A stretch of 63,808 bases of DNA, the filler included, from Stramenopiles sp. TOSAG23-2 (taxonomy: Eukaryota), in the NCBI GenBank assembly GCA_900128395.1. It is 7 parts of 7 records of this genome, joined end to end, with 100 filler letters (N's around TTAATTAATTAA, not from the genome) between each part and the next. Parts side by side here need not be neighbours in the genome. Positions count along the whole stretch, not along the records: positions 19,810 to 29,608 come from LT650074.1; 6 more parts are not named here. One strand, 5' to 3'. Below the pieces are notes generated by a model that was not told the DNA's origin, made no database searches, and was given only the letters and a program-made list of their open reading frames with translations. Below are positions 20,156 to 29,708 of the stretch, in pieces (within the stretch, counting starts at the first letter, position 1; every line of letters starts with the position of its first letter). The translations under genes and the position numbers were made by a program.

Positions 20156-21271
20156 ATGTCACAACCAGATTACCCTTCGCGTTATAAACTTAGTAAAATG
20201 AAAAAATCTGAATTACAAGATTTATTGGCAGAAAAAGCAAGTGAAAATTTGCAAGGTAAAAAAGCTGATTTGATTGATCGTTTATTAGATATCTACAGTG
20301 ACGAGAAGTATTTAATTGATCAAGTTCAACAAGATTTGAAAGACGATGGTGAATTTGTGAACGATGATGAGGATGATGAATATCAACCACCACCACCACC
20401 AGAGGATGATGATGATGAAGAGTGGGAAGAAGCGGAAGTATTGGAGTTATCAGCACCAGTTGACGCTTTGTGTTCATGCGATCGATTAAAAATGGCATTT
20501 TCTGCTTTTATTTTGATTGTATTGGCATCGGCAGCACATTTTCAATGCACGACCGATTCTTGTAAGGCACCTCAATCTATTAATGATATTGATTGGCTAA
20601 AATATCGTATAGAAGGTTCCAACTTTAAAGGTTTTGAAGATATGGGTTTCAATGAATGGAAAGATATGTTAAAATTAAAAGACATATTGGTGATCGTAGT
20701 TGGACTTATTGCAATAGTTTATGCATTGAAATGTATTTTAGTGCATTACGTAGCAACTACTGCAGAGGAAAAACGTGTTGGAAGATCGTGGGAGGTATTA
20801 TGGCTTTTAATTTCTGGTGTAATTCATTTATGGTTTGAAGGTACATTTGTATTTTTCCGCCATCATGAATTTTATTTGAAAATGGATATTTACATGGTAG
20901 CAGATTGGCGTTATGGCAATCCAATGGAACCTGGTACAAGAGCTATGGAAGCAATTACTTCCGTGATGGAAGGTCCATTATGTTTATTGGTTGCATATGC
21001 TGCCGTAAAAAATAAAATTTGGAGACATCCAGCACAATTAATTGTGACAACTTGTCAAATATATGGTTTAATATGGTTCTCTTTGCACCCAATGTTTGAT
21101 AGTAGCATACAACATTTATCTACAAATCCATTTCTATTTTTCGCTGTTGCATTTGGATTAAACGGACCTTGGGGAATTTTCCCACCGATGTTATGGGTTC
21201 AATCATGGAGAAAAATTATGGAAAGTTTGGAAGAAACTGAAGATCCATTTGCACACATCAAAGATGATTAA
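20156..21271 (+). CDS. SAP-domain plus EBP/EXPERA (sterol delta8-delta7 isomerase-like) multipass membrane protein
   Basis: ATG at 20156; SAP-like LSKMKKSELQDLL...LQGKKADLIDRL; acidic tract; extra TM segments; EBP motifs IHLWFEG, DWRY, MEAITSVMEGP, QIYG, LNGPW. Confidence 0.85.
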   Translation: MSQPDYPSRYKLSKMKKSELQDLLAEKASENLQGKKADLIDRLLDIYSDEKYLIDQVQQDLKDDGEFVNDDEDDEYQPPPPPEDDDDEEWEEAEVLELSAPVDALCSCDRLKMAFSAFILIVLASAAHFQCTTDSCKAPQSINDIDWLKYRIEGSNFKGFEDMGFNEWKDMLKLKDILVIVVGLIAIVYALKCILVHYVATTAEEKRVGRSWEVLWLLISGVIHLWFEGTFVFFRHHEFYLKMDIYMVADWRYGNPMEPGTRAMEAITSVMEGPLCLLVAYAAVKNKIWRHPAQLIVTTCQIYGLIWFSLHPMFDSSIQHLSTNPFLFFAVAFGLNGPWGIFPPMLWVQSWRKIMESLEETEDPFAHIKDD

Positions 21272-21699
21272 AATAAAAAAAAAAGAATAAAGAGGAAACG
21301 GAGAATTCAAAAATACACACAGACAAAACAAAGTAAGAGGAGAGAGGAAAAAAATGCTAGGTGGTACAATAATACACCGCACACACTGTTAAAATATATT
21401 TTATATAAAATTTATAATGAGTATTTTTTATGCATATGCATATTTATAAATAATATCATATATATGCATATGATATATATAAAAATTTCTCTTATTTATA
21501 ATTTAAAGATTTTATTTACTCATAATATATAATGATATGAATATTTAAAATGCTTTTTTATATATATAAATAGGATACACCAACATGTTTCTTTTAGTTT
21601 GCGTATTTTTTGATTATTTAATCGTACATCACAGTGTTTTATTATTTTCTCCCTCGTCTCTCAGACGCGTATGAAACAAACCATATTTCGATATATCAT

Positions 21700-22029
21700 T
21701 TAACTAGAGTGTTTAATTTGACGTGACATTATTTGTTTGTGAACAGCTTGAATGTCGGATGCATCGATCTCACTTGAACCACGAGCTTTTGCTTTTTGAT
21801 ATGCTGCAACAAATACTTTTTCAAGAATACCTTCAAGCGCATCTTCCAATGTGCCAAGTGCATCAACTTGAAATGGAACATTTGATTTTTGTGCTGCTTT
21901 ACTAGCAATGTCTTGAATCATATTTGATAATTCAGTTGGCAAACTTGAATTTGGCCGAAACCTTTGCGGCGTTCGTTTTACCCTGGATGATTTCCTTTTG
22001 CTTGGCGTATTGTTTTTGCTTTTTGGCAT
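21700..22029 (-). CDS. Divergent histone H3-like histone-fold protein
   Basis: Basic tail; PQRFRP, MIQDIA, FQVDALGTLEDALEGILEKVF and IDASDIQAV align to H3 PHRYRP, LVREIA, FQSSAVMALQEA.EAYLVGLF and IMPKDIQLA. Confidence 0.75.
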   Translation of the reverse strand: MPKSKNNTPSKRKSSRVKRTPQRFRPNSSLPTELSNMIQDIASKAAQKSNVPFQVDALGTLEDALEGILEKVFVAAYQKAKARGSSEIDASDIQAVHKQIMSRQIKHSS

Positions 22030-22831
22030 TGCAACTATATATATATATATGTATGTATAATATGTAAACTAAAATTGATTGTATTTTAAATATATATTGT
22101 TTAATATGAATGATTATAATGTGCTATAGAATTATACGTGATTGTGTTACCCGATTGTGTGTATAATATTTTGTAACTTTCTTCTATTTGTATATAATAC
22201 AGAGTACGTACTACTGTGGAGTATAATTGTTTTCAATCGACTTTTTCTTTTTTTCTTTTACTTTTTTTTTTTATTTTTTTTTTTTTGGCGCTTTTTTTCA
22301 TCTATGTAGTATACTAAATTAGTACTTAAATTAAACGTCGTTTTGAAATCCACTTTTAACTTACTTGGTACAGTATAATCTAAATCTTTTTTCTCCTAAT
22401 TTACAAGGAATTTTTATGTTTTTTAATTTCCCTTAAAGTATAAATTATGTTCATTTGATGGGGGGGGTTCAAAATAGAACTTTATTTTAAAAATTATAAT
22501 AACACATGTCCTTAAATGATCGTCGCCTTCTCCACACCATTCGATAATAAAAAATAATAATACTATAATAATAATTAGAAGAAGAATATAATGGATTGCG
22601 ATTATTATTAATGGATTATTATTATGACTACTGAAGATTTGTATTCTTTTTATATATAGTGTATGAGGAGAGGTAGAGAGAAACGTAGACGACTAATACG
22701 AAAAACAACAAAATAGTATTTATTGTTGTAATTATTATCGAACACACATACACACACACATATATATACCAGTTACTGTTTTAAAACATTTACAGCTTTT
22801 ATATATAATATAATATAATATATATTTTGTT

Positions 22832-24769
22832 ATGGCTTCATGTACTTTGGATGATATTGAAAATTTAGCATTTACAGATGAAGACGAAATAAATGTACGT
22901 GCACCAAGACCTTCTGTAGTCATGCCAAAAGTAACTTTGATCAAAGGTAACAAACGGAATAAAAAGAAGACGAGGCAAAATATGAAAACAATTGGATCCT
23001 CTGAAGATGAAACAAAAATAAATACTGGAATGTACAACGATACGCAAGTTGGTGGATACGTACCTGGTACAGAAACCATTTGGATGAAAACATTTGGTTG
23101 TGCACATAATGTTAGTGACGGTGAATATATGCAAGGTATGTTAGCAAGTTATGGATATACATTCACAGAAACTCCATCTGAAGCAGATTTGTGGTTTTTA
23201 AATAGTTGCACGGTAAAAAATCCATCAGAGACAGCATTTATGAATTTAGTCAAAAAAGGAAAAGCTGGAAATCATAAATTAGTTGTTGCTGGATGTGTAC
23301 CACAGGGTGATCGAAAAATTAACGGTTTAGAAGATGTTAGTATTGTTGGTATTTCCCAAATCGATAGAGTGACAGAAATTGTGGAAGAAACGTTGAAAGG
23401 GAACGTTGTACGTTTGTTATCTAAGAAAACATTACCAAGCTTAGATTTACCTAAAATTCGTAAAAATCCATTTGTTGAAATTGTGCCATTATCTACAGGT
23501 TGTTTAGGTGCATGTACATATTGTAAAACACGACATGCACGTGGTAAATTAGGTAGCTATACCTTGGATGCCTTGTCCCGTAGAATTAAACAAGTTGTAA
23601 AAGAACAAGTTGCGGAAATATGGCTAAGTAGTGAAGATACAGGTGCATGGGGATTGGATATAGGGATGAAAATACCAGATTTATTGGAACACGTCGTTAC
23701 ATTATTGCCAAAGGATCGAAGTGTAATGTTACGTATTGGTATGACAAATCCACCATATATATTAGAACATTTGGAAGCAATTGCTAAAACATTAAATCAT
23801 CCATCTGTTTTTTCGTTTTTACATGTACCATTACAAAGTGGTAGTGATAATGTATTAAAAAACATGAATCGTGAATACGATAGTGCAGATTTCATTAAAG
23901 TTGCTGATTATTTATTAAAACACGTTCCAGGGATGACACTCGCAACTGATATTATATGTGGCTTCCCGTATGAAACTGATGAAGATCATCAAGATACATT
24001 ACGAATTTTAAATAAATACAAATTACCAGTCGTCAATATTTCACAATTTTATCCAAGACCTGGAACGGAGGCAGCAAAAATGAAACAATTAAGAAGTCAA
24101 ACGAAAAAGGCGAGAAGTAGGGAAGTTACAAAAACTTTTTTATCGTATAAGCCATATGAGAAAACGTTGCCAATCGGAACAAAAACGTTAGCATGGGTTT
24201 CAAATGAAGTATCAAAAGATGGTAGAAATAGTGTTGCACACACAAAAAGTTACTCAAAGGTCTTAATACCACGTGATGATCGTTTAAAAGGTGCAAAAAT
24301 ACAAATTGAAATCACTTCAGTTGATAAATTTCATGTAGTAGCTGATGTTTTAGAAGTTTTTTTCAAACATCCGCATGCGAAGGATATTGTGGAAGAAGTA
24401 GAAACAAAAGGTGAAACAAAGAAAGATGTTAATAATAGTAGTAGTAGTAAAAAAACTGAAGAAATATTTGTTGATGGTGATTTTTGCGGTGATGATGGTG
24501 GTTGTTGTGGAAGTAATGAAGGTGAATGCTGTGGTGGTGGTTCATGTGATGATGATGATCATAATACAAAAAATAGTAAAAACGATGGCAACAATGCTAC
24601 TGGTCAACAAGGAAAGAACAGTGGAATGAAATCGATCATAAATGATACTACGACATCATTTTGGGATTCTAATATGTATCGGTACTTGATTCGACCAGTC
24701 ATTTTTGCTATTGTGTTTTTACAGATTTTTATTTATATAAATAATAATTACAAACAGCATCATTTATAA
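22832..24769 (+). CDS. CDKAL1: tRNA t6A methylthiotransferase (radical SAM, tail-anchored)
   Basis: TFGCAHNVSDGEYM, NSCTVKNPS, AGCVPQ, GCLGACTYCKT radical-SAM motif, TDIICGFP, TRAM region, C-terminal TM. Confidence 0.96.
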   Translation: MASCTLDDIENLAFTDEDEINVRAPRPSVVMPKVTLIKGNKRNKKKTRQNMKTIGSSEDETKINTGMYNDTQVGGYVPGTETIWMKTFGCAHNVSDGEYMQGMLASYGYTFTETPSEADLWFLNSCTVKNPSETAFMNLVKKGKAGNHKLVVAGCVPQGDRKINGLEDVSIVGISQIDRVTEIVEETLKGNVVRLLSKKTLPSLDLPKIRKNPFVEIVPLSTGCLGACTYCKTRHARGKLGSYTLDALSRRIKQVVKEQVAEIWLSSEDTGAWGLDIGMKIPDLLEHVVTLLPKDRSVMLRIGMTNPPYILEHLEAIAKTLNHPSVFSFLHVPLQSGSDNVLKNMNREYDSADFIKVADYLLKHVPGMTLATDIICGFPYETDEDHQDTLRILNKYKLPVVNISQFYPRPGTEAAKMKQLRSQTKKARSREVTKTFLSYKPYEKTLPIGTKTLAWVSNEVSKDGRNSVAHTKSYSKVLIPRDDRLKGAKIQIEITSVDKFHVVADVLEVFFKHPHAKDIVEEVETKGETKKDVNNSSSSKKTEEIFVDGDFCGDDGGCCGSNEGECCGGGSCDDDDHNTKNSKNDGNNATGQQGKNSGMKSIINDTTTSFWDSNMYRYLIRPVIFAIVFLQIFIYINNNYKQHHL

Positions 24770-25451
24770 GAGATATAAATTTTTTTAAGATTTTGATGGT
24801 GATGGAGAGCTTTGTGTGTAATGATTGTTGTGTTTGGAGTGTACTGGATATGATGTCTTTTGATACTGTATTCTCGTGTAACAATAATCATACACGTGTG
24901 TCTTAAAATTAAAGATATTATATTGCATTAAATATATATAACACTTTTAGAGACCTTTTTTTTTAAATATGATATAAATATGCATGTGATGTATCATATA
25001 TCATAAAATTATAAAAGAGTGCGTTTTTAAAATATTAATATATATATGTTTTGATGTTTTATTAAAAATATATGATATATGATATGCATATTATCATACT
25101 TATTATTTTAATATCTTTTATTGGTCATAAATAATATTTGTGTGTTTTAAATATATATAAAAAAAAAGAAGTTCTTGCTTGTGTGTGTTATTATATTATA
25201 ATTATATATATCATATATATAAATTCGTACCTTTCTATTAAAATGTACGCGCGCGCGTTTGTACTTTATATATATAATAAATTAAAAGAGTAAAAAAGAA
25301 AGTACGAACTCTTGATATTTTTATTTTTTTTTAAATGATATTCGTAAAACATATCTCCAGCCCTGGGCCAGTAAACAGAGCAAAATGTACAAATTTTTTA
25401 TTATTCATGTTTTTAATATTAATATATTAATATATTTGTAAATATGTAACC

Positions 25452-25733
25452 TTACTGTGTACGCATTGGGGGAGATACTAAAATAATCGCGTCACCACGA
25501 ACAAATAACATTTCTACCTCACGCTTTTGAGTACTAACAAGCTCTTCATCTGTATCTTCATCAATTTCAACTGTTGTGACTTTCTCTTCAACATCTTCTA
25601 ATACCATATTTAAATGTTCGTCAAAAGCGTGTAATTTACCTTGCAGTTCTCTTCCACCACGACATTTAATTAATATTCTCTCATCAATACTTAAACGAAT
25701 AAGATCTAACGGTTTCTTAATATTATCTGACAT
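25452..25733 (-). CDS. LSM3: U6 snRNA-associated Sm-like protein LSm3
   Basis: [40 protein letters not shown]...[15 protein letters not shown]. Confidence 0.96.
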   Translation of the reverse strand: MSDNIKKPLDLIRLSIDERILIKCRGGRELQGKLHAFDEHLNMVLEDVEEKVTTVEIDEDTDEELVSTQKREVEMLFVRGDAIILVSPPMRTQ

Positions 25734-26428
25734 TGTTCCCTATTGAAAATTACTACTATTATATATATATATATATATATATCTATCTGTCTGTCTATCT
25801 CCAATACAAATTTACTACAGTACTTATTATTAAATATTTATTATGTATGGTGCTATCCTGGCTATGTAATAAATATTATATATAATGTACTTTTATATAA
25901 TTAATATAAGAAAATGAATGGCACCACCAATGGTATGATATAATTTAAACACAACATGATGTGCATGTGATGGTGAGTATTGAAATGCCTCCTTACTGTT
26001 ATCTATACTGTACTAGCTCATATTCTAATAGGACAGTACAGTAATAGTAAAACACCTTAATCTATTGCTATACGTACTGGACACAACAGACGGTTCGGTA
26101 GGACTTTGCTTCGATGCCGCGGACACCCGATTAAGGAAATGGTCTAATGGCGGTAGTTTGTAAATTTCTTGTTCAAAAAAATTGTTCCCGCACAGGTTTA
26201 AATGGTCACAACTTTAAATGGTTTCACAGTCGCCATTTTGTGTTTAATTTACGCTACACAATATTTTGAACGTAAATCGATATATTGGTCTTTACTGCTG
26301 CTTTTTTTAAAAAACAGCGTCAGCGGATTATATATTACTAATATATATAAAAATACAACAGTATAGATGTTACGAAATCTGATTTGAGATGTTAATTTCC
26401 GGGAGTAAAAGAAATTTATATAATACAT

Positions 26429-26545
26429 ATATAGCGAACATGTACTACAGCATAAACCTGCAAATACACGTAAACTTCCTACATCAATGGAATCGACATC
26501 ATCTTGTCCCGCAACAGTTTCTTTTTCAACAATAACAGTAGCCAT
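26429..26545 (-). pseudogene. Truncated paralog of the Cys-rich gene at 27381-28024
   Basis: MATVIVEKETVAGQDDVDSIDVGSLRVFAGLCCSTCSLY matches the neighbour's first ~39 aa; similarity then ends and I found no downstream exon. Confidence 0.6.
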
Positions 26546-27380
26546 TTTTTTTTAAATATATATTTTTTCTTTTTTCTTTCGTTTATCTTTTGATAATAAT
26601 ATAATTAATAATTTAATAATACCTTTGTTCTTTCAATATATCTACTCTCTCTTTTACGTTTAGTACCATTAAATACATTTTATTTATTAAAATATATACA
26701 GTTATAGTTTTCATATGTTTTAGATGTTAGCGTATAAATACCATTAGGATGGATCAGCTAGCTACCACACATTAATTCAAATATACAGTATATCGTAGTT
26801 TTACAATAGTATTCTCCTTGTGTGCACATTTTCCTTTTTTTTGTCGCCACCAAATTTTGAGATTTGTACCGCAAAGATGAAAATTTCGAAGCTGGGAAGA
26901 GTTGATAATAGAGGCCGAAATATGGCATCTTCTTGGATTAAAACCGGGTCATATGGTGTATTCCAGTATTATCATAGTGTAAAATATAGTAAAAAACGGT
27001 ACCTGGTAAAGTAAAAAAAATTATTTTCGTTAAATACGACTCGTATATTTTTTTCATTTTACGAGTATTAAAAATAATACTTCGTATATTTTTTTTTTTA
27101 TACATTATACCAGGTATAATTTATTATATTAATTTGAAACATTTTATTAAATGCATAGTGCCATATGTTGCATATCATGTATTATCATATCGTACATATA
27201 TATATATATATATTATATATTATATCAATTTGTACTAAATCATATGATATGATATCATATTATGATATGACATTATATGATATATATATAATATAGTATA
27301 TATGTTCTAACATGTAAAATTGTAAGTTCACATTACAATCATACGCATCAACTTGTGAACAGTATAGCCATATTTTGACT

Positions 27381-28024
27381 TTAACGCTCTGCTTCAATCT
27401 CCATTGGTGCACCATATCCAACATTTGCTTGTGGGATAGCATCCAATTCTTGCTCATGGGAATAAGTTTCTGGGTCGATTTGTGCAAGCGTTTTACAACA
27501 GCCCGGTTTGCATTTAAATTTGTAGCAACAGTTAAGGCCCCATACATTAAATATGCATGGAACTTTCTCATTGCAAGGAAATGCTATTGTACGAAAACAA
27601 AAAAATAGATCAGTTTAATGGTTAGCTGAGAAAACGAATATAACAATATTTATACATATACATATTATATGTATTAAAAAGTATTAGATAACTTACCACA
27701 ACGTGTATCGAGGCAGAAGAATTGGCATTGCGTACCAATACAAGTGGTTGGTGGTAAGCATACGCAGTCAGTATCTGCCAAAATACACCAAACTTTCCTT
27801 TCATCTTGACCTTCTTTGTTTACTGCAGGCTTGCACAATCTACAGTCACCTTCGATGCATAAAACAGTCCCTGAAGTCTGCATACCACAACAGTTTGGCG
27901 TTTGCGTGTATAGTGATGTAATAGCGCAACACATTCCAGATATCACTCTTAGTGCTCCAACATCAACATCATCTTTATCTGCTTGTCCACCAACAACGTT
28001 CTTTTCAACTATTACGGTAGCCAT
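27381..28024 (-). CDS. Two-exon Cys-rich protein, 176 aa: join(28024..27697, 27583..27381)
   Basis: Intron 27696..27584 (113 nt) has a GTAAGT donor, GCTAAC branch point and TAG acceptor. Splicing gives ...CLDTRCAFPCNEKVPCIFNVWGLNCCYKFKCKPGCCKTLAQIDPE...EIEAER*. Confidence 0.88.
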
Positions 28025-28566
28025 GTTTTTTCTTTGTTTTCTTTGTCTCTCTTGTTTTTAAAAAGGATGTATTCCTGTAATTTATTGTTCTTTTTGCATA
28101 TAGTTTCAGCATAAGCTTATATTATGTTTAAACATGTATTATAGAATAGTTGGTGCATATATTATACTTTATCAGAGCTGACTATTATCTTTAATAACCT
28201 AACTGTAATTATTAGTATACCAAGATTTGTACCGTAAAACCACACACGCAATACACAATCACACAATCTAAATCTTGTTACTTATTTTAACTTATATAAA
28301 CGAGGATGGATTGGTAGCATCAGATAGCATTGGCGTTACATTGTTACCAATCAATTTAATCCAAATTTTCGTAGATATTTTTATTGTACCACATTTAATA
28401 TGACCACACCACAGAGGAGAAGGAGTGACAGAGTTATTCTAGTTTTACTATTCACATTTTTGAGGGAAATACAGTACCTAGCCCGGCTAGGTATACAAAA
28501 ATGGAAAAGTCTAGATTTACGTCCCCGTAATAATACTATTACTATAAGGTGGCTAGCTCTATAGCT

Positions 28567-28628
28567 ATCCAGGATCCAGGATCCAGGATCCAGGACAGGC
28601 TATCCCAGCTTACCAGCTTACCAGCTTA
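28567..28628 (+). repeat. Adjacent micro-tandem arrays (ATCCAGG)x4 and (CCAGCTTA)x3
   Basis: Read directly at 28567-28594 and 28605-28628. Confidence 0.92.
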
Positions 28629-28796
28629 CTGTATAATAATAAGTATATACTACTAATACCACTTGTGGTATAAAAGCTGTTGGCGTCCAACAAGTAGTCA
28701 CTATTTATATTAAGGATATTTATATGAGAAATCATTTCAATCATACTTAATGGCTCTACAGTGTTCTAATTACTAGCTAGCCCTGGCTAGAGCTAG

Positions 28797-29176
28797 CCCA
28801 GTCAATTTTTTTTAGAGAACGATACGTTAGCATGGAATAGCATTGAGGTCCAAAATAAAGTATCGTTCTGTATCGTTCTCTCTAATTTTCCAATTTTTTG
28901 GCTACATGAAAATAATCTATAACAATATCCGTAAAATATTAAATATAATGAATTATTTTAATAGTTATAAAAACTTATAAATACTATCATGATTTCCATA
29001 TTTATATTTTCAGATTCCCAAAATTTAGAACAATTTTATCGAACGATAAATCTCATTTTTTCATCTTTTATCTAGCATGGACACAGCATGAGAGAACGAT
29101 ACAGAACGATACTTTATTTTGGACCTCAATGCTATTCCCATGCTAACGTATCGTTCTCTAAAAAAAATTGACTGGG
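28797..29176. mobile_element. MITE-like non-autonomous DNA transposon, ~380 bp, ~85 bp TIRs, flanked by CTAG
   Basis: CCCAGTCAATTTTTTTTAGAGAACGATACGTTAGCATGGAATAGCATTGAGGTCCAAAATAAAGTATCGTTCTGTATCGTTCTCT is matched by its reverse complement at 29091-29176 with one indel. AT-rich non-coding interior; CTAG on both sides. Confidence 0.85.
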
Positions 29177-29513
29177 CTAGCCCAGCTAGCTATGTAGTAT
29201 TAATAATGTTAATGTCATGGTATTATTAATGACGTAAAAATGGGTATAATAAAAGTGTATAGCAACAGTATATAGCATAGAACTTTATAATAATATATGC
29301 ACGTCATTTTTTTTCGACCCAAATATGGCCATACCGGATGTGCACATCATTGGGTGGTGGTGGTGTGCCAGTGGTGTGCAAATTACACCTCTTATTACTT
29401 TTTTCCGGATTCCGGATTATTATAAAAAATATGATGAATTTGACATAGAAACGATAATATAATATATATATACACTCTATTGTTGTATCATGTATTTTTA
29501 CATAATATTGTTG

Positions 29514-29608
29514 TTAAGATGCTTTTTGCATTTCACGCAATTCACGTCGTAAACTTACATTATTATTTCCTATGATTGTAAGCATTTGTCCATCATTTCG
29601 TTTTTCTT
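29514..29608 (-). CDS. 3' end of a gene cut by the contig edge
   Basis: Minus frame reads EKRNDGQMLTIIGNNNVSLRRELREMQKAS* from the contig end with host-like codons. Confidence 0.55.
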
Positions 29609-29708
29609 NNNNNNNNNNNNNNNNNNNNNNNNNNNNNNNNNNNNNNNNNNNNTTAATTAATTAANNNNNNNNNNNNNNNNNNNNNNNNNNNNNNNNNNNN
29701 NNNNNNNN
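29609..29708. other. Artificial contig linker
   Basis: N44-TTAATTAATTAA-N44. Confidence 0.98.
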
